A stretch of DNA of 64,000 bases from an uncultured Cuneatibacter sp. (GTDB lineage Bacteria > Bacillota > Clostridia > Lachnospirales > Lachnospiraceae). The stretch is from NCBI GenBank assembly GCA_934234215.1, contig CAKQHB010000003.1, positions 22,077 through 86,076 on the forward strand, written 5' to 3'. Within the stretch, counting starts at the first letter, position 1, and each line of letters begins with the position of its first letter. The notes under the pieces are model-generated. The model was not told the origin of the DNA. It ran no database searches and saw nothing but the letters and a program-made list of their open reading frames with translations. Below, piece after piece: positions 10,092-19,391 of the stretch. A program made the translations under genes and the position numbers.

Positions 10092-11477
10092 TTACTGCCA
10101 GCGCCAGCCGGCAAGATATTTATTTTTTAAAGTAGCACCCATTCCTTTTGCAAATCCAAGGGGATAACTGTGGCCGCCTGCCTGCACGCATACAAGCACC
10201 CATCCGCGCAGATCAATCCCCTCCGGGGAAGTGATCGTCTCACCTTTCAGATAGCGGATCACGCGGTCATCGTCAATGGAATACTCCGCGCGGTTCGTAT
10301 ACTGGGGAGCATCCAATGCCATCGCAAGCGCCTGACTGGGCTCAAACCGGTTCTTTTTGCGCTCACCCATCAGCAGTCCGCAGCGCAGAATGCGCAATCC
10401 CTCCAGATTCAGAGGCTGATCCGGCAGCTGCTGGATCCATTCTCCACTCGCTGTCATGCGGGACTTATCAAACGTATCCGAAATGCCGGAAAGAAATGTC
10501 TGGAACTCTTCGTCCTGGGCAAGACTGCGCTCCTCCGGGACGGAGATCGGAACATTCGGAGTGCAGATACCGTCCTTTTGCAGAAGCGCTAAGAAATGTC
10601 CCTCGCCCGCCATGCGCTGCGGCCAGATGCGGACGCAGTTTACAAGCTCCGGACTGCCATGCTCAATCTTATCCGGAAGTCCGGGACCGAAGCCCTCATA
10701 GCGCTCCACCGGGATAACATGCATCTCCGGACATTCATCCAGCAAAAACTGGATCGTCGCCTCGTTTTCCTCCGGAGCAAAGGTGCAGGTGGAATAAAGC
10801 AGCTTTCCACCGGGCTTTAACATCTTCACAGCAGCGAGTACGATCTCCCGCTGTAATTTTGCAAAGTAGGAATTTCCCTTTTCCAGCCAGCTCTTCATGA
10901 CGGACGGTTCTTTTCGGAACATGCCCTCGCCGGAGCAGGGAGCATCGATCAGAATCTTGTCAAAATATTCCGGAAATGCCGGAACGAGCTTGTATGGTGC
11001 TTCACTGAGAATCACGGAGTTCGGAACGCCGAATAACTCCAGATTCTTCAGAAGCGCTTTCGCGCGGGAGTTGCTGATGTCGTTGCTGACAAGAACGCCC
11101 CTTCCCTGCAGGGCAGCGCCCAGCTGTGTGCTCTTGCCGCCAGGAGCAGCGCAAAGATCCAGCACACGGTCTCCAGGCTGCGGGTCCAGCAAATGTGCCG
11201 GTGTCATCGCACTCGGCTCCTGCAGATAGTACAGTCCGCCAAAATAAAACGGATGCTTTGCGGGCTTGCTCTCGCCGCGATAATAATAGCCGTTGGGAAT
11301 CCAAGGGATCGGCTCCACGGGACAGGGAGCAATCTGTTCAAACTGCTCTGTCGTCAGCTTGCGGTCATTGATTCTCAGACCATATACCCGCTCCTGGGAA
11401 AAGCTCTCCAGGTATGCCGGAAATTCGTCTCCCAACAGTTGTTTCATCTGTTCTGTAAATGCCTCAGGCAATGCCAT
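10092..11477 (-). CDS. rsmF: 16S rRNA m5C methyltransferase, NOL1/NOP2/Sun family (RsmF-like)
   Basis: DLCAAPGGKSTQL is a SAM-binding motif. About 460 aa with the C-terminal PUA-like region typical of RsmF. Confidence 0.8.
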   Translation of the reverse strand: MALPEAFTEQMKQLLGDEFPAYLESFSQERVYGLRINDRKLTTEQFEQIAPCPVEPIPWIPNGYYYRGESKPAKHPFYFGGLYYLQEPSAMTPAHLLDPQPGDRVLDLCAAPGGKSTQLGAALQGRGVLVSNDISNSRAKALLKNLELFGVPNSVILSEAPYKLVPAFPEYFDKILIDAPCSGEGMFRKEPSVMKSWLEKGNSYFAKLQREIVLAAVKMLKPGGKLLYSTCTFAPEENEATIQFLLDECPEMHVIPVERYEGFGPGLPDKIEHGSPELVNCVRIWPQRMAGEGHFLALLQKDGICTPNVPISVPEERSLAQDEEFQTFLSGISDTFDKSRMTASGEWIQQLPDQPLNLEGLRILRCGLLMGERKKNRFEPSQALAMALDAPQYTNRAEYSIDDDRVIRYLKGETITSPEGIDLRGWVLVCVQAGGHSYPLGFAKGMGATLKNKYLAGWRWQ

Positions 11478-11497
11478 ATAATCGGTCTCCTTATGTC

Positions 11498-12316
11498 TTA
11501 TCGGATGTCACTGTCCAGACCGCTCTGCGCCATATAATTTGCAGCGACGCGATCCAGACGTTTATTGAACTGTCTCAATTCCTCCATGTTGCTGTGGTTG
11601 TAGATCTGGAAAAACTCATTTTGCAGATCCATGACCATCTGCTTGTCCGCAACCCGGAACAGCTGGTTGATGTTGTTCAGGATCTGTGCGACTACATTCG
11701 CTTTTAACTGGAAGGTCATCTGTGCTTCCTGAATCTCCTCTCGGATCTCCGCCATCTCATTGTCCAGACTTAAGACGGCCTCTGCGGATGCGCTCAGGCG
11801 CTGGCGGATCTGATACGGAACATTCTTGCCATACTTATACTGCAGCGAATGCTCTACCGTCGCCCAGAAATTCATCGCCAGTGTGCGGATCTGGATCTCC
11901 ACGGGAAGCTTCTTCTCCCCGGCAGTTGTCTGTACGGTATACTCGATGACCATGTGATAGCTGCGGTAGCCGCTCTCTTTTGCTTCTTTGATGTAATCTA
12001 ACTCCTCCAGGATCACCATGTCGGTGCGGTTTCGGATCAGACCTACTACGGTGTAAATATCCTCAACAAACTGACAGATGATACGGATGCCGGCAATGTC
12101 TTCTAACTTCTCTGTAATCTGATCTTCGGAGATTCCTTTTTTCTTGGCTTTTTCCAGAATACTGGAAAGCGCCTTGACACGCCCCTTTACTTCTTCAACC
12201 GGGCAATATTCTCCCCGGATATGATATTCTTTTGCAATGTGCTCGAATTTAACGACCAGTTCCTTCACTGCCAGTTCGTAGGGCAGCAAAAGTTCTCGCC
12301 ACGATTGTGTAAACAT
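11498..12316 (-). CDS. Small alarmone synthetase (RelA/SpoT-domain GTP pyrophosphokinase, RelQ/YjbM-like) with ~80-aa C-terminal helical extension
   Basis: RelA/SpoT synthetase-domain motifs (GRVK, DIAGIRII, YRSYHMVIE). Confidence 0.8.
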   Translation of the reverse strand: MFTQSWRELLLPYELAVKELVVKFEHIAKEYHIRGEYCPVEEVKGRVKALSSILEKAKKKGISEDQITEKLEDIAGIRIICQFVEDIYTVVGLIRNRTDMVILEELDYIKEAKESGYRSYHMVIEYTVQTTAGEKKLPVEIQIRTLAMNFWATVEHSLQYKYGKNVPYQIRQRLSASAEAVLSLDNEMAEIREEIQEAQMTFQLKANVVAQILNNINQLFRVADKQMVMDLQNEFFQIYNHSNMEELRQFNKRLDRVAANYMAQSGLDSDIR

Positions 12317-12373
12317 CTCCCAGTTCCTTTCTTCGATCAGGTTAAAACTGGTATTAGTATAACACAGCCCCCC

Positions 12374-13078
12374 TCAAATGACAACCGGGAAGCCGTTCTT
12401 TCCGAATGTTCGCAGGATCGGAGCGGGATTGACAGAAAAGAGCGCCCCATCCTCCGTCAGATAAATGCCGAGATGCAGATGCACGACAAATTGACCGGTA
12501 GTGCCTTCCGGTCCATAGCCCGAATCTCCCATATATCCCAACAGTGTTCCAGCGGAGACAATACTGCCCTCTGCGATTCCTTCCGCATAAGACTGCAGAT
12601 GGGCATAGTAATAATACACCCCTCCGGGACTTCGAATCCCAATGCGGTAGCCGCCGAGCTCCAGCCATCCTATCGCTTCCACAATGCCGTCTGTCATACT
12701 TACAACCGGAAGCCTTCCCCGGACATTTTCTGTGGCAATGAGATCGCAACCTTCGTGGGTGCGATCCCCACCGTAGGTTCTTGCACCGCCCCAGGAATCA
12801 TCGAACTGACAGGAACCGATGACGGGAAAGCATTGGATTTCTTTTGAAAAAGTGTCCGTAAGCGCTGTAACAAACATCTGTTCCTGCGGACGTACCAATG
12901 ATAAAAGCGGCTGCTTCCACTGGTGATCTTCCAGCCATGACATGCTTCGAAATTCTGCATTTTCCGCAAGGGGAGCACACATCCACTCGGTCTCCGACAA
13001 CAACTGCACACCGCGCACCGCAATCGTCAGCAGACAAAGCAACAGCAGACTTCCAACCACCCATTTTCGACTCATGCC
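12374..13078 (-). CDS. M23-family peptidase (LytM-like)
   Basis: HEGCDLIA...GDSGYGPEGTTGQFVVHLHLGIY matches the HxxxD ... HxH zinc-site pattern of M23. N-terminal signal/TM starts at MSRKWVVGSLLLLCLL. Confidence 0.8.
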   Translation of the reverse strand, partial: GMSRKWVVGSLLLLCLLTIAVRGVQLLSETEWMCAPLAENAEFRSMSWLEDHQWKQPLLSLVRPQEQMFVTALTDTFSKEIQCFPVIGSCQFDDSWGGARTYGGDRTHEGCDLIATENVRGRLPVVSMTDGIVEAIGWLELGGYRIGIRSPGGVYYYYAHLQSYAEGIAEGSIVSAGTLLGYMGDSGYGPEGTTGQFVVHLHLGIYLTEDGALFSVNPAPILRTFGKNGFPVVI

Positions 13079-13133
13079 ACAGCTCCCTCCAGATGATTCT
13101 TTCTCTATGTATATGTGAGGGCATACTTTTTTC

Positions 13134-14117
13134 ATGCGGCTCATATCGTACTGCATAGAAATTGCTGAAATGGTAGGCGATACTATGCTGCTTTTGCTGT
13201 TAGTCGGGATGATCTGTTTTTCGCAGACAGCGGCGCAGGGCGTTGTATCCGGGCTGCTGCTCTGGTATCAGGCGGTTTTGCCAACGCTGTTTCCGTGCTG
13301 CGTTGTGACAACCATGCTGCTGCAGCGACAGTCCATGCTTCCCCTTGTCCGCCTTGTACAGCCCATTTTTCGTGTTCTGTTCGGAGTATCCGAGGCAGGA
13401 ACGTATGTGCTGCTTTGCAGTCTGTGCTGCGGGTATCCCTGCGCCGCGGTACTGATCGGACAAATGGATGCATCCGGGCGTTTGGCAAAGCAGGAACTGC
13501 ATCATCTGATGGCATTTGCAAATGTTCCGGGACCGGCATTTCTTACCGGATTTTTGCTGAAGCATTGCTTTCCGGACAGCGGAATCTCCGGAGGAGCATT
13601 GGTTATGATTTTCTTTGCTGCGGCAGTCCTGCTGGCGCAGATTTCACGGCTGCTGCATCCAGAAAAAGCAGCCACTTTGCTTCCAGTGCAGGTACAGGAG
13701 CATCCGAACACTCCGTTTTTCGAGAATCTGAACGCAGCGATCCACCAGGCGCTAGCAATCCAACTGCAGATTTGCGGCTGCCTGTTGTTTGCATCGGCAC
13801 TGTCCGCGCTGCTTTCCGCATTGCTGACACACTTCTTCTCGATGGCAGATGGGTTTTTCTGCGGGATTTTGACCGGAATTTTGGAGATGACATCCGGTAT
13901 TCGGCTTCTGGCAAAAAGCACACACATAGCAGCGTTTCCGGCGGCATGTGGAATCGCAGCATTTGGAGGGCTTTCTGTGGCGGCGCAGGTGTTTTCCGTA
14001 TTGCAGGACAGAAAAAAGACCAGATACTCGCTGGTGGAATATCTGGTCTGGAAGATCGGATATGGACTGCTCGTTGCAGCATGTGCTGCTCTCGTGCAAA
14101 TTATTCCTCGGTTGTAG
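13134..14117 (+). CDS. ylbJ: Sporulation integral membrane protein YlbJ-like (nucleoside-transporter/Gate-domain membrane protein)
   Basis: Polytopic membrane protein resembling YlbJ, in conserved synteny next to coaD/rsmD. Start may be an internal Met near 13170. Confidence 0.6.
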   Translation: MRLISYCIEIAEMVGDTMLLLLLVGMICFSQTAAQGVVSGLLLWYQAVLPTLFPCCVVTTMLLQRQSMLPLVRLVQPIFRVLFGVSEAGTYVLLCSLCCGYPCAAVLIGQMDASGRLAKQELHHLMAFANVPGPAFLTGFLLKHCFPDSGISGGALVMIFFAAAVLLAQISRLLHPEKAATLLPVQVQEHPNTPFFENLNAAIHQALAIQLQICGCLLFASALSALLSALLTHFFSMADGFFCGILTGILEMTSGIRLLAKSTHIAAFPAACGIAAFGGLSVAAQVFSVLQDRKKTRYSLVEYLVWKIGYGLLVAACAALVQIIPRL

Positions 14118-14733
14118 CAGCTTTAGCATCCTCCGGTGCAGCAGTCTCCTCAATTGCCTGAGATGCGGTGGGATGTAGCTCCTCCAGATTGCTCCGGATG
14201 ATCTCTGCGGTGCTGTTCAGAGAAGTTAAGAAGCTGTTGTAGCGTGCACTCGTATTCTCTACGGTGTGACTTACAAGGGCTTCCATATTTTTTAACATGT
14301 CCTCAACATAATCAACGCCGCTCTCACGCAGTTCATTGGCATCTGCGGCAGCCTGATCCACGATCATCTGTGCCTGCGCAGTAGCACGCTCAATGATCTC
14401 GTTTGCCTTTTTGTATGCCTGCTGCATGATCTCATGCTCGTTGATCAGCTCCTGCGTCTGCTCCGTTGCGGATGCGATCATAGACTCTGCCTGTGCTTTT
14501 GCATCGGCAATGATGGCTTCCTTGTTGCTCAGGATCTTCTGGTACTTTTTGATCTCATCGGGAGTGCGATGACGCAGCTCTACTAAAAGCTCTTCCAGAG
14601 TGCCCTTATCCACGATGATCTTCGTGGTGGAAAAAGGCTGTGGTTTACAACTGTCTATGTACTCCTCGATCTCTGTGATCAACTGCTCAATTCTGCTCAT
14701 GTTCTGCTCCATTCTGCCCATCGGCTGTTTCAA
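14101..14733 (-). CDS. Hypothetical coiled-coil protein (Ala/Gln/Glu-rich, F-ATPase b-subunit-like heptads, no TM)
   Basis: Entirely helical low-complexity sequence. Its 5' end overlaps coaD by 47 nt; the two 5' starts overlap. Its 3' end converges onto ylbJ with a 17-nt overlap. Confidence 0.4.
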   Translation of the reverse strand: MKQPMGRMEQNMSRIEQLITEIEEYIDSCKPQPFSTTKIIVDKGTLEELLVELRHRTPDEIKKYQKILSNKEAIIADAKAQAESMIASATEQTQELINEHEIMQQAYKKANEIIERATAQAQMIVDQAAADANELRESGVDYVEDMLKNMEALVSHTVENTSARYNSFLTSLNSTAEIIRSNLEELHPTASQAIEETAAPEDAKAATTEE

Positions 14734-15214
14734 GATTTCGTTTATATTTTTTTTGAATCTCTGCTTCTACTTCCGGCGGAATAAACTTCCGCAGATCTCC
14801 GCCGTACATTGCTACTTCTTTCACAATACTGGAACTGAGATAAGCATATTCCAGACTGGTTGTCAAAAACATCGTATCCACAGACTTTGCAATCGTCCGG
14901 TTCATCTGCGCCATCTGCAGCTCATATTCAAAATCCGTCACGGCACGCAGACCACGGATGATCATCTGTGCACCCTGCTGCTGTACATAGTCTACCAGCA
15001 GACCGGAAAAACTGTCAACTTCTACATTCGGATATTTTGCAGTCACAGTCTTTAACAGCTCCACGCGCTCCTCCACAGAAAACAGAGGACTCTTGCTGCT
15101 GTTTTTCAAGACGGCAACGATGAGCTTATCTACCATATGACTGGAACGGGCAATAATATCCAAATGGCCGTATGTCACCGGGTCAAAGCTGCCCGGATAT
15201 ACTCCAACGATCAT
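14687..15214 (-). CDS. coaD: Phosphopantetheine adenylyltransferase CoaD
   Basis: [21 protein letters not shown] contains the conserved T/HxGH motif. Confidence 0.92.
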   Translation of the reverse strand: MIVGVYPGSFDPVTYGHLDIIARSSHMVDKLIVAVLKNSSKSPLFSVEERVELLKTVTAKYPNVEVDSFSGLLVDYVQQQGAQMIIRGLRAVTDFEYELQMAQMNRTIAKSVDTMFLTTSLEYAYLSSSIVKEVAMYGGDLRKFIPPEVEAEIQKKYKRNLETADGQNGAEHEQN

Positions 15215-15219
15215 AAAAC

Positions 15220-15786
15220 TTACTCCTGTTCTGATTTCTTTTGCAGGAAAAGATGCTGATTGGTCTTATATTGCTTCTGCTTCAGGATGTCGTATCCCAG
15301 ACTGTCCACATAGTAAAAATCCGTCTCCAGATTCGCTTCGACAATGATTGTCGTATCCGCATCTGCGAGAGGGGAATGTGCCAGACGGGTCAAAACCTGC
15401 TTCTCCAGCTCTTTTCCGTAGGGCGGATCCATAAAAATAAAATCCACCGGTTTTCCGGTACTCTCCAGTTGGCTGATCGCAGACAGGACATCGCAGGCAA
15501 ACACCTGCGCCCGATCCTCCAGATGGGTAAACTGAAGATTCTCTTTAATGCAACGAACGGCTGCCGGAGCTTTTTCTGCGAAACCTGCCCACGCAGCGCC
15601 GCGGCTCAGTGCCTCGATACCGATGCCGCCGCTTCCGGAAAACAAATCCAAAAATCGTGCGCCCGGAAGATCTGCATGGAGCATATTAAACAATGTCTCT
15701 TTGATGCGATCCGTTGTCGGCCGTGTGTCCAATCCTTCGATGGTTTTTAACGGCAGATGTCTCGCCGTACCTGCAATCACTCTCAA
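15220..15786 (-). CDS. rsmD: 16S rRNA (guanine966-N2)-methyltransferase RsmD
   Basis: [18 protein letters not shown] and FMDPPY are RsmD motifs. Confidence 0.9.
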   Translation of the reverse strand: MRVIAGTARHLPLKTIEGLDTRPTTDRIKETLFNMLHADLPGARFLDLFSGSGGIGIEALSRGAAWAGFAEKAPAAVRCIKENLQFTHLEDRAQVFACDVLSAISQLESTGKPVDFIFMDPPYGKELEKQVLTRLAHSPLADADTTIIVEANLETDFYYVDSLGYDILKQKQYKTNQHLFLQKKSEQE

Positions 15787-15991
15787 TGCAATCCTTCCTC
15801 GCTTCCTTTTTTACGTTTACCTGTTCAGTATAATATTTTTTTAGCAGACAGGCAACCCTTTTCTTCCAGACGTCTGCAGAGAGGCTGTATTTTTTTCAAT
15901 GCAAGCTTTTGGAATTCATACAGCAAAAGAGGGGCTGCCGCGAAGACAGCGCCCTCTTTCAGAAAAATCTCTTTTGAATCCTCTGTCCGGA

Positions 15992-16201
15992 TTACTTTCC
16001 GGCCATTTTCTTTTCCTGCTCCTCGATCATCTTCTTTACCATATAGCCGCCTACGCTGCCGTTCTGGTAAGAAGTCAGGTTTCCATTGTACCCACCGTTG
16101 CTTAACGGTACACCGATTTCATCTGCGACTTCCATCTTGAACTTGTTCATAGCTTCTTTTGCTTCAGGAACTGCTGTTTTTCCAGTCTTGGAACTTGCCA
16201 T
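15992..16201 (-). CDS. Alpha/beta-type small acid-soluble spore protein
   Basis: 69 aa; KFKMEVADEIGVPLSNGGYNGNLTSYQNG is the SASP alpha/beta signature. A hairpin terminator lies downstream at about 15935-15975. Confidence 0.85.
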   Translation of the reverse strand: MASSKTGKTAVPEAKEAMNKFKMEVADEIGVPLSNGGYNGNLTSYQNGSVGGYMVKKMIEEQEKKMAGK

Positions 16202-16284
16202 ATCAGGAACTCCTTTCGTATCTGCCGGTCTTTTGTGACCGGTTGTCCTTTGTTACGTTCCTAGTATATGCAGTCCCATTCGCT

Positions 16285-17250
16285 TTACACTGGAAACTTT
16301 CGGTATCCGGTGGCAAAGTCTACTTCATTGCGAAGCGGTTCGTTTTTTTCAAAATGTTCGAGATTTTCTGCGGAGATCCGGATAATGCGCTCTAAGGTCT
16401 CCTGCAGATGATACGCGCCGGAACAATGAGGCGTGAGAATCAAATTTTCTGCTTTCCACAGCGGATGATCGGAAGGCAGAGGCTCCGGATCAGTCACATC
16501 CACAGCAGCACCCGCCAGCGTGCCATCCTGCAAAGCGGCAAGCAGCGCATCCTGATCCACCGAAGTACCTCTGCCGACGTTGAGCAGATAAGAGCCTTTT
16601 TTCATCTTTGCAAAGCGTTCTGCATTTAAAATGTGGTAAGTCTGCGGCGTGTTCGGCAGACTCATTGCCAGAATATCCGCCCGTGGTAGCACATCGTCCA
16701 GTTCTTCCGTGGTGACCACTTCATCGACAAACTCCGGCTTTGTGCCTTTATGTCTGCGAACACCGATCACATAGCTGCCCAGTGCCTTGACGCGCTTTGC
16801 AAATTCCTGTCCGATATCGCCAAAGCCGAGAATGACAACGGTAGAACCATAGACGGATCTTACACTGCCCTCATCCTGCCACAGGCAATGCTGTTTGTTC
16901 TCATAATAGCGATCCAGCTTTTTCATGAGCATCAAAAGAGATGCCAGCATATGCTCGGAGATTGCCAATCCGTATCCTCCGGTGGCATTTGTCAGCTTGA
17001 CACCCTCCGGGAGAACGCCAGCCTTTGTAAAGTTGTCTGCTCCAGCGCTGTTCAACTGCAGAAACTGCAGAGAGGTCGCCTTTTTCATGCGTTCCGGCGG
17101 CAGATTTCCGATGATGATTTCCGACTGTGCCAGCTGTTCATCCGTCACATCGGATGCTGCACAGTAAGTAAAAATACCATTTGCTACTTTGGATTCCAAT
17201 AGATCCCGGTGCCTTTGTTCTGTCGGGATCGTCACTAAAATGTGTTTCAC
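16285..17250 (-). CDS. D-isomer-specific 2-hydroxyacid dehydrogenase family protein (NAD-binding)
   Basis: VVILGFGDIGQEFAKRVKALG is a Rossmann GxGxxG motif. The catalytic R/E/H triad region is present. Confidence 0.8.
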   Translation of the reverse strand: MKHILVTIPTEQRHRDLLESKVANGIFTYCAASDVTDEQLAQSEIIIGNLPPERMKKATSLQFLQLNSAGADNFTKAGVLPEGVKLTNATGGYGLAISEHMLASLLMLMKKLDRYYENKQHCLWQDEGSVRSVYGSTVVILGFGDIGQEFAKRVKALGSYVIGVRRHKGTKPEFVDEVVTTEELDDVLPRADILAMSLPNTPQTYHILNAERFAKMKKGSYLLNVGRGTSVDQDALLAALQDGTLAGAAVDVTDPEPLPSDHPLWKAENLILTPHCSGAYHLQETLERIIRISAENLEHFEKNEPLRNEVDFATGYRKFPV

Positions 17251-17274
17251 CGCTCACTCCTCCAATATGTGATT

Positions 17275-19335
17275 TTATAGATTTAAGTTTCCGGAAAAGG
17301 TCGTTACCTGCTCCGGTAATGCACATTCAAAACGGTCAGCAGCCTCGCTTGCCATCTGCAAAATCGCGCCGTCCGCGTAAATATCACCGAGAACGAACTC
17401 CATTGCACCGCTCTGGCGAATGCCAAAGAAATCTCCGGGGCCGCGCAGCTTCATATCCTCGGAAGCAATGTAAAAGCCATCGGAAGACCGATTCAGAATA
17501 TCCAGTCGTTTTCTCTTTTCTTCACTGCCGGAGGTGTCCAGCAAAATACAGTAAGATTGCGTTCCGCCGCGTCCGACACGTCCGCGCAGCTGATGGAGCT
17601 GCGCCAATCCGAATCGCTCCGCATTTTCGATGAGAATGACGGAGGCATTTGGAACGTCGATGCCCACCTCGATGACAGTAGTAGATACAAGAATCTGCGT
17701 TTTTCCGGCTGCAAAATCATCCATAATAGCTGTCTTTTCTTCCGGCTTCATCTTGCCATGAAGGATCTGAATGTGAATATCCGGCGGAAATACCTGCCGC
17801 AGCTTTTTGCCGTAATCTAAGACATTTTCTCCTTCCATCTGTTCACTTTCTTCCACCATCGGACAGATGACGTATGCTTGTCTGCCTGCCTGAATCTGCT
17901 TTTCGATGAACTGATACGCGGTCTTGCGATAGCCGGGACCGACAACGCAGGTTTTGATGGGCAGACGATTGCCGGGAAGCTCGTCCACAACCGACAGATC
18001 GAAATCGCCGTACAGAATAATCGCCAGTGTGCGGGGAATCGGTGTCGCACTCATAACCATAACATGAGGCGTCCAGCCTTTTGCCCGGAGCGCCTCTCTC
18101 TGCTTCACGCCAAAGCGGTGCTGTTCATCGGTCACGACAAGCGCCAGATCGTCATATTCGACTTTTTCCTGAATCAGTGCGTGGGTTCCAAGAATCATAT
18201 CAGCCTCATGCTCTTTGATCTGACGGTAAACTTCCCGTTTTTGCTTGGCGGTCAGAGCACCGGTCAAAAGCACCGGATGAATGTCCAGGTGGTACTGCTC
18301 TTTCAAGCTGCACAGCTTCTGATAATGCTGTGTCGCCAAGACTTCCGTGGGAGCCATTAGAACGCTCTGATAGCCGCACAGAGTGGTCTCATACATCGCA
18401 AGAAAGGCAAGAATCGTCTTGCCGGAGCCAACATCTCCCTGAATCAGCCGGTTCATAATATAAGGACCTTCCAGATCGGCGCGGATCTCGCCCCACACCC
18501 GTTTTTGCGCTCCAGTCAGATCATAGGGCAGTGCCCGGATCAGATCGTCCACCTCCGACATCTGTTGCAGCGCAAAATGATTTTTGTCCTGCTCCAAAGT
18601 CTCCTTTAACTGGCGCACAGTGCAGATAAAGACATAAAATTCTTCGAAGACGGCCCGCTTTCTTGCCTCCTGAAAGACAGACATTTCTGCCGGAAAATGC
18701 AGATTATAAAGACTCTCTCTGCGAGGCATGAGATGATAGGCCGATAACACTTCGGCAGGCAGCGTCTCCGGAATATCCGCAACGGCATCAAAAGCTGCTT
18801 TGACATATTTGCCGATGGATTTGCTTGTAATACCTGCCGTCACAGGATAGATCGGATGCAAGTGTCCGCATTCCTGCTCGTACACATCACCCGCGTAAAT
18901 CTCCGGCTGTTCTAATGTCAGGCTCTTTCCCTGGTGTCCGATGCGCCCTCTGGCGACCAGCACCATGCCGGGACGGACGGTTTTGCGAATCCACGGGGCA
19001 CGGAACCATTTGAGCTGGATGCGTTCCCCGGCTTCGTCCTGCAGCGTCGCTGTCACAATGGGCATGCCATGGATAGAAATCATCGCAACCTGACTGCTGA
19101 TGATCCCGCGAATCGCGCAAAAATCCCGCTCCCGCGCTTCCATGACAGAAACCGGCGGTTCCATCCGGTCGTAATCTCTGGGATACCATCCGAGCAGATC
19201 TCCAACTGTCTCAATTTCCAATTTCTGAAACAGCTGAGCTGTCTTTTCTCCAATGCCCTTTAATTCTTTTATGGAAGAAGAACTGTTCATCTGTCTCATC
19301 CTTTCCTGATGCAGAAAAAGATTGCGCAACTGCAC
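17275..19335 (-). CDS. recG: ATP-dependent DNA helicase RecG
   Basis: Wedge domain and superfamily-2 helicase motifs (GDVGSGKT, DEQHRFG). True start may be the Met at 19287 (MNSSSSIKEL). Confidence 0.9.
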   Translation of the reverse strand: MQLRNLFLHQERMRQMNSSSSIKELKGIGEKTAQLFQKLEIETVGDLLGWYPRDYDRMEPPVSVMEARERDFCAIRGIISSQVAMISIHGMPIVTATLQDEAGERIQLKWFRAPWIRKTVRPGMVLVARGRIGHQGKSLTLEQPEIYAGDVYEQECGHLHPIYPVTAGITSKSIGKYVKAAFDAVADIPETLPAEVLSAYHLMPRRESLYNLHFPAEMSVFQEARKRAVFEEFYVFICTVRQLKETLEQDKNHFALQQMSEVDDLIRALPYDLTGAQKRVWGEIRADLEGPYIMNRLIQGDVGSGKTILAFLAMYETTLCGYQSVLMAPTEVLATQHYQKLCSLKEQYHLDIHPVLLTGALTAKQKREVYRQIKEHEADMILGTHALIQEKVEYDDLALVVTDEQHRFGVKQREALRAKGWTPHVMVMSATPIPRTLAIILYGDFDLSVVDELPGNRLPIKTCVVGPGYRKTAYQFIEKQIQAGRQAYVICPMVEESEQMEGENVLDYGKKLRQVFPPDIHIQILHGKMKPEEKTAIMDDFAAGKTQILVSTTVIEVGIDVPNASVILIENAERFGLAQLHQLRGRVGRGGTQSYCILLDTSGSEEKRKRLDILNRSSDGFYIASEDMKLRGPGDFFGIRQSGAMEFVLGDIYADGAILQMASEAADRFECALPEQVTTFSGNLNL

Positions 19336-19391
19336 GCAATCTTTCTGCTGTTTTCGTTCTCACAGCCAAGAAGCTGTAGAAACGCTCTTTG

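Noticed and set aside
13295-14161. 288-aa ORF overlapping ylbJ in another frame, plus several 100-160-aa ORFs at 13183-14153
   Set aside because: Arg/Ser/Ala-rich alternate-frame translations of a GC-rich membrane-protein gene. The YlbJ-like frame is the only one with coherent TM segments.
16202-16285. Forespore (sigma-G/F) promoter for the SASP gene
   Set aside because: A CATATACTA stretch resembles a sigma-G -10, but I could not place a -35 (GHATR) at correct spacing. Left unannotated.
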